This document shows positions 44,402 to 53,883 of a stretch of DNA of 64,000 nt, in pieces (position 1 is the stretch's first letter; every line of letters begins with the position of its first letter). The stretch is from Candidatus Bilamarchaeaceae archaeon (GTDB lineage Archaea > Micrarchaeota > Micrarchaeia > Anstonellales > Bilamarchaeaceae). The translations under genes were made by a program, and so were the position numbers. Below the pieces are notes generated by a model, which saw only the letters and a list, made by a program, of their open reading frames with translations, made no database searches and was not told the DNA's origin. Location of the stretch: positions 66,792-130,791 of the forward strand of contig JAVZJR010000002.1 of assembly GCA_038870635.1 (NCBI GenBank), in the 5' to 3' direction.

Positions 44402-46168
44402 ATGGTTGAGAAAAAAGAAATTTCAGGAAAGATAAAAAGAATTTCTGGTCCTGTTGTAGAGGCTTTTCTACCTGGTGCAAGATTATACGACCTTGTGCGA
44501 GTTGGTGAAGAAGGTTTGATGGGCGAAATCATTAAGATAGTTGGCGATGTTTCAGTTATTCAGGTTTATGAAGATACTTCTGGTTTAAGACCAGGTGAAA
44601 AAGTTGTTTCCACAGGCAAGCCTCTTTCTGTTGAGCTTGGGCCAGGCATACTAAAGAACATTTATGATGGGATTCAACGACCGCTTAAATTAATAGAAGA
44701 GAAATCAAAAGGTGTTTTTATTCAGCGTGGTATCGTCGCCGAACCGCTTGATAGAAAAAAGAAATGGGAATTTAAACCAAAAATGAAAAAAGGCGCGCGC
44801 GTTAAAAAAGGAGATATTATAGGCGTAGTTCAAGAAACTGAAGCAATAGAACATCGTATACTATCACTATATGATGGCACTTTAGATTCAATAGACGAAG
44901 GGGCTTTTACGTTAAATGATGAAATTGGATTTATATCTTCAGAAGGAAAAAAATATCCTGTAACGCTTTCTCATTATTGGCCAGTGCGAAAAGCAAGACC
45001 AGTTATAGAAAAATTTCCGCCAGTAATTCCATTAGTTACGGGGCAAAGGGTAATTGACACTTTCTTCCCAATAGCAAAAGGAGGAACAGCATGCGTACCT
45101 GGTCCTTTTGGTTCTGGAAAAACAGTTACCCAGCACAGCCTTGCGAAATATTCTGATACGCAAGTAGTGGTTTATATTGGTTGCGGTGAGAGAGGAAATG
45201 AGATGACTGAGGTATTGAAGGAGTTCCCACACTTAATTGATCCAAACACAGGCAAGCCTCTTATGGAAAGAACAGTTTTGCTTGCAAATACTTCTAACAT
45301 GCCTGTTGCTGCACGTGAAGCCAGTGTTTATACCGGTGTTACTATGGCTGAGTATTTTAGAGACATGGGCTATGACGTTGCTTTGATGGCTGATTCCACA
45401 AGTAGATGGGCGGAGGCAATGCGTGAAATTGGCGGCAGATTAGAGGAAATGCCTGGTGAAGAAGGTTATCCTGCTTACTTGGCAAGAAAACTCGCTGAAT
45501 TCTATGAGAGAGCTGGCCGTGTGCGCTGTCTCGGAAGCGATGAGCGATACGGAAGTGTGTCTATTATTGGAGCAGTTTCTCCACCTGGTGGTGATATTTC
45601 AGAACCTGTTTCTCAAAACACCCTTCGTGTCACTAAGGTATTTCTTGCGCTTGATGCTTCTTTGGCTTACAGAAGACACTTCCCTGCATTTAATTGGTTG
45701 AAGAGTTATTCGCTATACACAGACACATTGGAGCAATGGTTTATGGAAAACATATCTTCTGATTTCCCAAAACTCGCTAAAAAAGCAATGGCTCTTTTGC
45801 AAAAAGAAGCTGAACTTCAGGAAGTCGTACAGCTTGTTGGTCCTGATGCATTACCAGAAAAAGAGCAAGCAGTTCTTATGATTACAAAGATGTTAAGAGA
45901 AGATTATCTCCAGCAGAATGCTTTCAGCGATGTTGATGCGCGTTGCTCTTTGCAGAAGCAATACAAAATGCTTAAAACGATACTACGCTTTGAGGAGAAA
46001 ACAATGGGGGCTCTTGATTTTGGTGTACAATTAAAGAAAATACAGGAATTGCCTTCAAAGGCAAAGATAGGGAGAATGAAAGAGATACCAGAGAGTAATC
46101 TTGCAGAATTTGATAAATTGATGAAAGAGATAGACGAGCAGTTTGATATGCTCATAAAATCAAGGTGA
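44402..46168 (+). CDS. atpA: A-type ATP synthase catalytic subunit A
   Basis: 588 aa from ATG 44402. [13 protein letters not shown], Walker [10 protein letters not shown], then ..SRWAEALREI-like [17 protein letters not shown]. No intein. Confidence 0.95.
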   Translation: MVEKKEISGKIKRISGPVVEAFLPGARLYDLVRVGEEGLMGEIIKIVGDVSVIQVYEDTSGLRPGEKVVSTGKPLSVELGPGILKNIYDGIQRPLKLIEEKSKGVFIQRGIVAEPLDRKKKWEFKPKMKKGARVKKGDIIGVVQETEAIEHRILSLYDGTLDSIDEGAFTLNDEIGFISSEGKKYPVTLSHYWPVRKARPVIEKFPPVIPLVTGQRVIDTFFPIAKGGTACVPGPFGSGKTVTQHSLAKYSDTQVVVYIGCGERGNEMTEVLKEFPHLIDPNTGKPLMERTVLLANTSNMPVAAREASVYTGVTMAEYFRDMGYDVALMADSTSRWAEAMREIGGRLEEMPGEEGYPAYLARKLAEFYERAGRVRCLGSDERYGSVSIIGAVSPPGGDISEPVSQNTLRVTKVFLALDASLAYRRHFPAFNWLKSYSLYTDTLEQWFMENISSDFPKLAKKAMALLQKEAELQEVVQLVGPDALPEKEQAVLMITKMLREDYLQQNAFSDVDARCSLQKQYKMLKTILRFEEKTMGALDFGVQLKKIQELPSKAKIGRMKEIPESNLAEFDKLMKEIDEQFDMLIKSR

Positions 46169-46173
46169 TTGTT

Positions 46174-47553
46174 ATGAAAGAATATAAGACTATTACCGAG
46201 ATTGCAGGACCGCTTGTTTTCGTTTCTGATGTTAGCGGAGTTGCTTACAACGAGATAGTTGAAATAATGCTTCCTGATGGGGAGAGAAGAAAAGGCCAAG
46301 TTCTTGATGTTAGTGAAAATGTGGCTGTTGTTCAGGTTTTTGGTCAAACAACAGGCATAAACACAAAAGACACTTCAGTTAGATTTCTTGGAGAAACTAT
46401 GAGAATAGGGCTAAGCAGCGATATGCTTGGCAGGGCATTTACAGGTTTGGGCGAACCAAGGGATAAAGGACCGAAAATAATTCCAAAAGAAAAAGTTGAC
46501 ATCAATGGTCTTCCTATAAATCCTTATTCTCGTGAAACCCCGTCTGAGTTCATCCAAACTGGTGTTTCAACAATAGATGCTATGAACACGCTTGTCAGAG
46601 GCCAAAAACTTCCAATTTTTTCAGGTGCTGGTCTTCCGCATAACCAACTTGCAGTCCAAATAGCGCGACAGGCAAAAGTGCGAGGAAGCGGAGAAAAATT
46701 CGCTGTTGTTTTTGCAGCAGTAGGCATTACACACGAGGAAGCATCTTTCTTCATTCGTGATTTTGAAAAGACCGGGGCACTTGAAAATGCCGTTCTTTTC
46801 CTTAATTTGGCTGATGACCCATCAGTGGAGCGTTTGATTACACCAAGACTTGCTTTGACAACTGCAGAATATCTTGCTTATGAGCAGGATATGCACGTTC
46901 TCGTCATCATCACGGATATGACAAACTACGCAGAAGCACTTCGTGAAATATCATCTGCTAGAAACGAAGTTCCGGGTAGAAGAGGTTATCCTGGTTATAT
47001 GTATACTGACCTATCTACAATTTATGAAAGAGCAGGAAGAGTAAAAGGAGCAAAGGGAAGTGTGACTCAATTGCCTATTTTGACAATGCCTGGCGATGAT
47101 AAAACCCACCCAATTCCTGACCTCACAGGTTATATTACAGAAGGGCAGATAATTTTAAGCAGAGATCTTCATAGAAAGAATATCTATCCTCCTGTTGACG
47201 TGCTTCCTTCACTTTCACGATTGATGAATAACGGAATAGGGCAAGGAAAGACGCGAGAGGACCACAAGGGCGTCTCTGACCAACTCTACGCAAGTTATGC
47301 TACTGGTCGTGATTTAAGAAGCCTTAGCGCAGTTGTCGGTGAAGAAGCATTGAGTGCTATCGATAGAAAGTACTTGAGACTTGCAGATGAATTTGAAAAA
47401 CGTTTTGTTCAGCAAGGGCCCTACGAAGACCGTGATATAGAAACAACATTATCAATTGCATGGGACTTGCTTTCTATATTGCCAGAGGAAGAATTAAAGA
47501 GAGTGAAGAAAGAGCACATTGCAAAATATCTTCCAAAGAAAAAGGAAGAGTAA
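46174..47553 (+). CDS. atpB: A-type ATP synthase subunit B
   Basis: 459 aa from ATG 46174 with AGGTGA Shine-Dalgarno. [15 protein letters not shown] ... [14 protein letters not shown]. Confidence 0.95.
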   Translation: MKEYKTITEIAGPLVFVSDVSGVAYNEIVEIMLPDGERRKGQVLDVSENVAVVQVFGQTTGINTKDTSVRFLGETMRIGLSSDMLGRAFTGLGEPRDKGPKIIPKEKVDINGLPINPYSRETPSEFIQTGVSTIDAMNTLVRGQKLPIFSGAGLPHNQLAVQIARQAKVRGSGEKFAVVFAAVGITHEEASFFIRDFEKTGALENAVLFLNLADDPSVERLITPRLALTTAEYLAYEQDMHVLVIITDMTNYAEALREISSARNEVPGRRGYPGYMYTDLSTIYERAGRVKGAKGSVTQLPILTMPGDDKTHPIPDLTGYITEGQIILSRDLHRKNIYPPVDVLPSLSRLMNNGIGQGKTREDHKGVSDQLYASYATGRDLRSLSAVVGEEALSAIDRKYLRLADEFEKRFVQQGPYEDRDIETTLSIAWDLLSILPEEELKRVKKEHIAKYLPKKKEE

Positions 47554-47571
47554 TTTTGGCAGTTGATCATT

Positions 47572-48207
47572 ATGGCTGGCGCAACTGATGTAAATCCAAC
47601 GAGAATGGAGCTGATAAAGACAAAGGAAAGGATAGCGCTAGCGAAAAAAGGCCACAAACTTTTAAAGCAAAAAAGAGACGCGCTCATACTTGAATTTTTT
47701 AAAATTCTTAAGAATGCGCAGAATTTGCGCGGTGAGCTTGCTAAAAAAATAGCAGTCGCATCAAAATCTTTAGCAGTCGCACAACTTTACCATTCTATAC
47801 AGGAACTTGAAAAAGTTTCACTTGATATAAGAAAGGACATCGTGTTAGATGTTGAAGTAAAAAATGTGATGGGAGTGAAAGTTCCAACCATCCAAACTAA
47901 CATTGAGAAAAGGGACTTTATGAGGATGCCTTCTTATTCTATCCCAGCAACAAGCGCAAAGATTGACCAAGCAGTGGCTGATTTTGATGAAGTTCTTTAT
48001 ATGGTTTTAAAATTGGCCGAAACTGAAACTGCTATAAAGCGTCTTATATTGGAAATAGAAAAAACAAAGAGACGTGTTAATGCACTTGAGTATGTGCTCA
48101 TCCCACGATTGGAAGAGCAAAAAAATACTATATCTTTCCGTCTGGACGAAATGGAAAGGGATAGCTTTGTTTCTCTTAAATCAATAAAGAGAAAGCTTGA
48201 AGGCTGA
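47572..48207 (+). CDS. atpD: A-type ATP synthase subunit D
   Basis: 211 aa from ATG 47572. VNPTRMELIKTKERIALAKKGHKLLKQKRDAL is the subunit D N-terminus. Confidence 0.9.
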   Translation: MAGATDVNPTRMELIKTKERIALAKKGHKLLKQKRDALILEFFKILKNAQNLRGELAKKIAVASKSLAVAQLYHSIQELEKVSLDIRKDIVLDVEVKNVMGVKVPTIQTNIEKRDFMRMPSYSIPATSAKIDQAVADFDEVLYMVLKLAETETAIKRLILEIEKTKRRVNALEYVLIPRLEEQKNTISFRLDEMERDSFVSLKSIKRKLEG

Positions 48208-48248
48208 TTTTTAGTAACTTTTTTAAATTTCTTTTTTCTATTCCGATT

Positions 48249-48905
48249 ATGCAATTCTTTATTGAAGATATTTCTACGATTTCATTTTTAGATTGGGCAG
48301 CATTGCTTATTTTTATTATATGTATCATTTTATCAATATATCTTAGAGATAGGGCTCGTAAGATGGGCCGCATGACAGGAAAGAAAATTCGTTCGGTATA
48401 CCGTAGAAGTTGGGTAAAAGAAATGGTTGCACAAAATAGTTCAAAGATTCTAACTGATGTTGTAAGAAACCAGATTATGGTATCTACTGCCCTTTTGTCC
48501 GCCCTCGTTATTTCTTTTGGTTTTGTAATCTCTCTTTCAAACCTTCTTGGTTTATATGGGTCTTTATTGCTGATGATTAAAATTGCTTTAGTCTTAATTT
48601 TAATTACCTACGCTTTTTTTATGATTTTGCTTGAAACACGCACTCTTGTTTATGTGCCGGTAGCTTTTAACGTCGATCCTGTTTTAATAAAAAAATATGA
48701 AAAAATGGAAAAAGAGGATTATGTTGCAAAACTTTTGCATGAATCTTTCGATCATTTCTCAAACGCCATCAGAGCAATTTTTTTTGCAATTGCCGTAATC
48801 GCATGGTTGTATAATACATACTTTTTTATTTTCATTGTTTTAGCCTTTACTTTAGTTATGGTTAGAGAGGATTATGGTGAGCGCAGCGAGATTACACTTT
48901 TTTAG
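48249..48905 (+). CDS. DUF599-like integral membrane protein
   Basis: 218 aa. RRSWVKEMV....SKILTDVVRNQIMVSTALLS resembles the DUF599 pattern as I recall it. Confidence 0.5.
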   Translation: MQFFIEDISTISFLDWAALLIFIICIILSIYLRDRARKMGRMTGKKIRSVYRRSWVKEMVAQNSSKILTDVVRNQIMVSTALLSALVISFGFVISLSNLLGLYGSLLLMIKIALVLILITYAFFMILLETRTLVYVPVAFNVDPVLIKKYEKMEKEDYVAKLLHESFDHFSNAIRAIFFAIAVIAWLYNTYFFIFIVLAFTLVMVREDYGERSEITLF

Positions 48906-48907
48906 TA

Positions 48908-48965
48908 TCAGCACTCAAGATCTTCTTCATAGAGCAGAGCCCTCAGACTGTCGAACATTCATCAC
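48908..48965 (-). ncRNA. C/D-box sRNA (2'-O-methylation guide), candidate 2
   Basis: Minus strand reads as follows. C box GTGATGA (48965-48959). 12-nt guide ATGTTCGACAGT (48958-48947). D' box CTGA (48946-48943). 12-nt spacer. C' box ATGAAGA (48930-48924, degenerate). 12-nt guide AGATCTTGAGTG (48923-48912). D box CTGA (48911-48908). The 58-nt core sits in an intergenic gap. Confidence 0.75.
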
Positions 48966-49016
48966 ATCATTATTGTGGTAAGCAAACATTTTAACGCTTT
49001 TCTGAGAATGTTTTAC

Positions 49017-50057
49017 ATGAAAGAAGGAATGCTTTGGAAAAATACAAGTGGTAAGAACATTCTTTGTTATCTATGCTATCGTTTATGTAATATTAAACCA
49101 AACGAAATTGGTTTTTGCAGAGTAAGAAAGAACATAGATGGTAAACTTTACTCTCTTGTTTACGGTAAGGCTATAGCCGCTAATGTTGACCCAATTGAGA
49201 AAAAGCCATTTTATCATTTTATGCCCGGCGCTAATGTTTTTTCTATTGCTACTGTTGGCTGTAATTTTAGATGCAAATATTGCCAAAATTGGGAGATATC
49301 CCAAGTTGCAAGCGGAAAAATAGAAGGAGAAAATCTACCACCAGAACAAATAAGAAAAATATGTGCTCTGCACAATTTGCCCGGCTGCTCCTACACGTAT
49401 ACCGAGCCTACGGTGTTTATGGAATACGCTCTTGATACTGCAAAATTGTTGCGTGGAGATGGAAGGTTTAATGTTTTTGTAACAAATGGTTATATGACAA
49501 TGGCTGCAATAAGAGAAATGGACAAGTACATAGATGCTTCTCGTATAGATTTGAAAGGATTTGATGATAGGATTTACGCTGATGTTTCAGGTGGTGTCAA
49601 ATTGGAGTATGTCTTGCAGAATATAAAGGAACTTTATAAGAGACAGCACATCGAGATAATAACACTTCTTGTGCCAGGTTATAATACTGATGATGATAAC
49701 ATAAGACAGCTATCTCAATGGGTTTATGATCTTTCACCAGAAATACCACTTCATTTTATTGGTTTTTATCCATCTTACAAAATGATGGATACGCCGCCGA
49801 CCTCTCTTGAAACACTTATACGAGCAAGAAAAATCGCATTAGATGTAGGTTTACATTATGTTTATACAGGTAACAGACAGGATACAGAGACAGAAAGTAG
49901 CTATTGCCCTCATTGCAATACAATGGTAATAAAACGTTGGGGTTTTGAGGTTTTAGAGAACAAGCTTATGCCTGGTGCAAGATGTCCAGAATGCGGAAAA
50001 AAACTTAATTTTGTATTGGATATAGAAGAATATTGGAAAAAAAGAAAAGAAAAATAA
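49017..50057 (+). CDS. Radical SAM enzyme of the AmmeMemoRadiSam / pyruvate-formate-lyase-activase-like type
   Basis: CNFRCKYCQNWEISQ cluster motif preceded by C.LC...C.....GFC.VR.N..GKLY.LVYG...A.NVDPIEKKPF.HF.PG. C-terminal CPHC..(x)..CPECG. The start is taken at ATG 49017. Confidence 0.8.
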   Translation: MKEGMLWKNTSGKNILCYLCYRLCNIKPNEIGFCRVRKNIDGKLYSLVYGKAIAANVDPIEKKPFYHFMPGANVFSIATVGCNFRCKYCQNWEISQVASGKIEGENLPPEQIRKICALHNLPGCSYTYTEPTVFMEYALDTAKLLRGDGRFNVFVTNGYMTMAAIREMDKYIDASRIDLKGFDDRIYADVSGGVKLEYVLQNIKELYKRQHIEIITLLVPGYNTDDDNIRQLSQWVYDLSPEIPLHFIGFYPSYKMMDTPPTSLETLIRARKIALDVGLHYVYTGNRQDTETESSYCPHCNTMVIKRWGFEVLENKLMPGARCPECGKKLNFVLDIEEYWKKRKEK

Positions 50058-50726
50058 TTATCTTTTTTGTATGAATCTTGCTATATACGAAGCCAACCCG
50101 CGCGGACTTTCTGTTTGATAAAACACAGTGGCAGGTCCGCTTATCTTGAACATTATCCCTTCTCCACCAACAATTTTACTCAATAAATTCTTGCCGGCAA
50201 CCATTTTTTCTATTTTTGCGTTTGAATTAGCACCAACAAAGCAGCTATTATCAACATAAAAAGTTTCTCCAGCCTTTAGTTCTTTTTTGTGCAGACTTTC
50301 TGCACCTGCTATATAGAGTTTTCCTTTTCCCTCAACATAAAGAAACATCAGGCCAGAACCTGCTGTTAAAGAAGTTAAGCCGCCGAATTTTGATGTTATT
50401 TTTATATCGCCTGTATGCGCTAAATATACGCCATCGCCGAGTATTAAACTGCCATCAAGGTCAATTTCCATTATTTCACTCGGTAGGATACAACCAACTT
50501 CTACTTCTGCTTTTTCTTTTGCGGTTACTTTGTTTATGAAAAGGCTTTCGCCGCCACCTATCATTCTTAAAGCGCTTGTGGCTAAACCTCCTTGTATCTC
50601 GCTGCTTATTTCTATTTCACCAGTTGAAGATATTATAGCACCTGGTTCAATATTGACAGTTTCGCCAGCTGCCATCGAAAAGACTAATAATTCTCCAACT
50701 GTTGTTTTCTTTATTGTTGCTTTCAT
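50058..50726 (-). CDS. AIM24/DUF124 family protein
   Basis: 222 aa. GE.V.IEPGAIIS..G.I.I....QGG... then GEGIMFKISGPATVFYQT resembles the TIGR00266/AIM24 pattern. Confidence 0.65.
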   Translation of the reverse strand: MKATIKKTTVGELLVFSMAAGETVNIEPGAIISSTGEIEISSEIQGGLATSALRMIGGGESLFINKVTAKEKAEVEVGCILPSEIMEIDLDGSLILGDGVYLAHTGDIKITSKFGGLTSLTAGSGLMFLYVEGKGKLYIAGAESLHKKELKAGETFYVDNSCFVGANSNAKIEKMVAGKNLLSKIVGGEGIMFKISGPATVFYQTESPRGLASYIARFIQKR

Positions 50727-50758
50727 TCAATCACCTTATTTTAATATAAACTCATTAT

Positions 50759-51640
50759 TTAAAAATTTGTTATTTCTGTTCCGCCTTTTCCTTGCATAGC
50801 ATCTTCTGCATTCTCTAGTCCGCATATTATTGCTTTTTTACCGCCGTATTTAACAAAGTCTATTGCTGCTTCTATCTTAGGCTTCATACTTCCCTCTCCA
50901 AATTCTCCATTTTCTAAAAGTTTTTTTGCTTCGCTTATGGTTAACTTTCTTATTTCTTTTTGCTCTTTTCTACCATAAGACTGATAAACGGCAGGAACTG
51001 CTGTAACTATCAGTAAAAGATCCGCCTCTATTTCTTTCGCTATTAAAGCAGCGCACTTATCTTTATCTATGACCGCTTCTACGCCTAATCCTGCGGCTGT
51101 GAGCGGTATTCCGCCACCGCCACCTGCAACGACCACGAGGCCTTCTCTTAATAAAGGTATGATAGCTTTTCGTTCTACAACTTTTATTGGTTGGGGCGAC
51201 GGTACAACTTTTCTGTAACCTCTGCCTGCATCCATCTTCATATCTGGTGAAATTTTTTTCTCGTAAAATGGTCCTATAGGTTTTGTCGGATTTTTGAAAG
51301 CAGGATCGTCTTCATCTACAATAACTCTTGTTATCAGAGTAACTGACTTTCTATTTGTTTTTCGCATTAGCGCTCGTTGAATAAAGTATCCTATTTCTCC
51401 TTGCGTCATAGCGTCGCAGACATCTAATGGCATCGCAGGCACTTCGTTGGTTGCATTTTGCTGTATTAAAAGAGCGCCGACTTGTGGCCCATTTCCATGT
51501 GTTATTACTACTTCATTATTTTCTATAATTTCTTTCAGTGCCTCGATGGCTTCTTCTGCAGTCTTAAACTGCTCTTCTGCAGTTCCTTTTTGACCTTTTT
51601 TTATAAGTGCATTTCCACCGAGCGCGATGACTATTCTCAT
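50759..51640 (-). CDS. arcC: Carbamate kinase
   Basis: MRIVIALGGNALIKKGQKGTAEEQ...VVITHGNGPQVGALLIQ is the carbamate kinase N-terminus. 293 aa. Confidence 0.85.
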   Translation of the reverse strand: MRIVIALGGNALIKKGQKGTAEEQFKTAEEAIEALKEIIENNEVVITHGNGPQVGALLIQQNATNEVPAMPLDVCDAMTQGEIGYFIQRALMRKTNRKSVTLITRVIVDEDDPAFKNPTKPIGPFYEKKISPDMKMDAGRGYRKVVPSPQPIKVVERKAIIPLLREGLVVVAGGGGGIPLTAAGLGVEAVIDKDKCAALIAKEIEADLLLIVTAVPAVYQSYGRKEQKEIRKLTISEAKKLLENGEFGEGSMKPKIEAAIDFVKYGGKKAIICGLENAEDAMQGKGGTEITNF

Positions 51641-52917
51641 CTAACTACCTCCCCGAAAAGACTACCATGATTTGCGTTTTTTATTTTTACCTTTATGTAA
51701 CTGCCTAATGGCCATAACCCCTTTATAACTATTTGTTTGTAGTTATTGCTTCTTCCTTTTGTGCTTTTGTTAGCGCCTTTTTCTAATGTAAGAACATCTA
51801 TTTCCTTACCTATGTATTTTTTGTTTTTCTCAGCTGCGATTTTTTTTATTAATCTAGCTGTTTCTTCGCTTCTTCTTTTTATAATCTCTGTCGGAAGCTG
51901 CTTCATCGCTGCAGCTTTTGTTTTTGGCCTTGGAGTGAATTTTGACAAATTTACTATATCCGGTTTTATCTTTTTGATAAGAGCTAATGTTTTCTTGAAA
52001 TCGTCTTCTGTTTCTGTTGGATAACCAACAATAATATCTGTTGCTATTGTTACGCCTCTTATTGCTTTTCTAAATGCCTTTGTCCATTTTATGAAATCTT
52101 TTACCGTGTGCGGTCTATTCATTTCTTTACATACTTTTTCGCTTCCTGTCTGCACTGGTATATGAATAAACTTATAGAATTTTTTACTTTTCATTACATC
52201 TATTAACTCTTTTCCAAAACGGTTGAGATGTTGAGGATTTATCATTCCAAGTCGTATCTTAAAATCACCCTCTATTTTTACTAACTCTTTTATGAGAGAG
52301 ATTAGATTTGTTCCTATATCAATTCCATAAACTCCGCTATCCATTCCAGTAAGTTGTATTTCTTTTGCACCTCTTTCTATGCCTTTTTCTATCCACCACC
52401 TTATCGTTTTTGGCAAGTAGCTTTTGATGTAGGGCCGTGCCAATTTTGTTTGGCAGAAAAAGCAACTTCCCATGCAACCTTCTTGTATTGGAATTCTTAA
52501 TATAGGCGCTGTGTATTCTCTCTCTACACCTATTTTTTCTTCTTTTTGCACCAACCACAATTCTTTTTTCTTTAAGGCCGCATCTATACCCTCATTTATT
52601 TTTTCTATGGCGTACGGTCCGATGACAACCGGGTTTTTTATCTCGCGTTTTATTCTATCTTTATTGACATAGAGACAACCAGCAATTACTTTTGGTTTTT
52701 TTGTTCTTTTCATTTTTTCCATTATCTTGTTTTCTGTCGCTCCCTTAACAGTACATGTGACAAAAACAACTACATCTGCCTCTTTCTCATTTTCGACTAT
52801 TCTGTGCTCTTTTTTTATTATTGCCCTCATTATATCTGCATCTGCTTGATTAAGTGTGCAGCCATACACCTCAACATAAACCTTTTTTGTGCTTGTCATT
52901 GATTTTTTTTGCAACAA
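51637..52917 (-). CDS. MiaB-like tRNA methylthiotransferase, archaeal/CDKAL1 type
   Basis: 426 aa. N-terminal VYVEVYGCTLNQADA (UPF0004 domain). Radical SAM motif GCMGSCFFCQT. C-terminal TRAM-like domain. 4-bp overlap with arcC. Confidence 0.85.
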   Translation of the reverse strand: MLQKKSMTSTKKVYVEVYGCTLNQADADIMRAIIKKEHRIVENEKEADVVVFVTCTVKGATENKIMEKMKRTKKPKVIAGCLYVNKDRIKREIKNPVVIGPYAIEKINEGIDAALKKKELWLVQKEEKIGVEREYTAPILRIPIQEGCMGSCFFCQTKLARPYIKSYLPKTIRWWIEKGIERGAKEIQLTGMDSGVYGIDIGTNLISLIKELVKIEGDFKIRLGMINPQHLNRFGKELIDVMKSKKFYKFIHIPVQTGSEKVCKEMNRPHTVKDFIKWTKAFRKAIRGVTIATDIIVGYPTETEDDFKKTLALIKKIKPDIVNLSKFTPRPKTKAAAMKQLPTEIIKRRSEETARLIKKIAAEKNKKYIGKEIDVLTLEKGANKSTKGRSNNYKQIVIKGLWPLGSYIKVKIKNANHGSLFGEVVR

Positions 52918-52950
52918 TATTGTTTTTAATTACATAGTAGATTTTTCTTT

Positions 52951-53418
52951 ATGTCTCGTATTAAGTTTATTTCAATTGCAGGAAAAGAGGCACTTATTGG
53001 AATGAGAAAAAACGACGGCGGACCTTTTGGTGCAGTTATAGTAAGAAAAGGTAAAATAATTGCGCGCGGCCACAATATGGTTTTAAAAACAAATGATCCG
53101 ACTGCACACGCAGAAATAGTTGTGATAAGAAAGGCAACTAAACGCCTTAAGCGTTTTGATCTATCTGATTGTGTTCTCTACACAAGCGCGGAACCTTGTC
53201 CAATGTGTTTTGCAGCCATCCATTGGGCGCGAATAAAAAGAGTTTACTACGGGTGTACTGCAGCTGATGCAGCTAAAATAGGCTTTGATGATAAACTCAT
53301 TTACGATATACTAAAAGGAAAAGAAAAAAAGAAAGTGGATTATGTTAATATCCCTTGCGAAGAATGCAAACAAGCCTTTGAGGAATGGCAAAAAAAGAAA
53401 GACCGTATACAGTATTAG
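52951..53418 (+). CDS. CDA-fold nucleoside deaminase (guanine deaminase / TadA-like)
   Basis: HAEIVVIRKA ... PCPMCFAAIHWARIKRVYYG zinc motifs. The tail FDDKLIYDIL resembles GuaD-type enzymes. Confidence 0.8.
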   Translation: MSRIKFISIAGKEALIGMRKNDGGPFGAVIVRKGKIIARGHNMVLKTNDPTAHAEIVVIRKATKRLKRFDLSDCVLYTSAEPCPMCFAAIHWARIKRVYYGCTAADAAKIGFDDKLIYDILKGKEKKKVDYVNIPCEECKQAFEEWQKKKDRIQY

Positions 53419-53753
53419 CTTTTTTTACCTTTTTTAATTTTTTCATATTCCTCTATTGCCAATGCTAAATCATCCGTGACTGGTTCTAGTAGTTTTTCTG
53501 GATAAGGTTCTAGTGATGGATTTTCTATAGCTTGCTTTAATCTTCTTTCGCATTGTCTAATCTCAGCTAAGTAAAGCACTTTCAGAGTATCATTATCTGT
53601 CTTTTTGTATGCTTCTTTAGCTTCTTTCAGCTCTTCTTGTAGCGGCTCGATAACTAATTTTTCAAACCATTCTGGTCTTTCTAAATTATTTTTAGTTTGT
53701 TCTTGTTTTTTTGTTTTTATCACCTTTTTTCTTCTCACAATCTCACACTCCAA
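53415..53753 (-). CDS. Hypothetical coiled-coil protein
   Basis: 112-aa E/K-rich ORF. No family recognised. Confidence 0.4.
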   Translation of the reverse strand: MECEIVRRKKVIKTKKQEQTKNNLERPEWFEKLVIEPLQEELKEAKEAYKKTDNDTLKVLYLAEIRQCERRLKQAIENPSLEPYPEKLLEPVTDDLALAIEEYEKIKKGKKS

Positions 53754-53883
53754 TAAATCTCTTTTTTATTTTTTAAAACATTTAAGTAAAAAGGTTAGTT
53801 ATTTGTAGGGAATATTTAGTTAGGCTGTTAGCAAATGTTTTTAAAATACATTGTAATTATTTAAGATAAAAAAGTGATGTCTC

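Noticed and set aside
39777-49016. N-terminal extensions implied by ORF-track starts (39777 atpH, 40199 atpI, 42048 atpK, 44357 atpA, 46165 atpB, 47563 atpD, 48975 radical SAM; also 10719, 35358, 59869, 60764 elsewhere)
   Set aside because: Internal ATG codons preceded by GGTG-type Shine-Dalgarno motifs give N-termini matching the conserved family starts. The extensions overlap upstream genes or the C/D sRNA.
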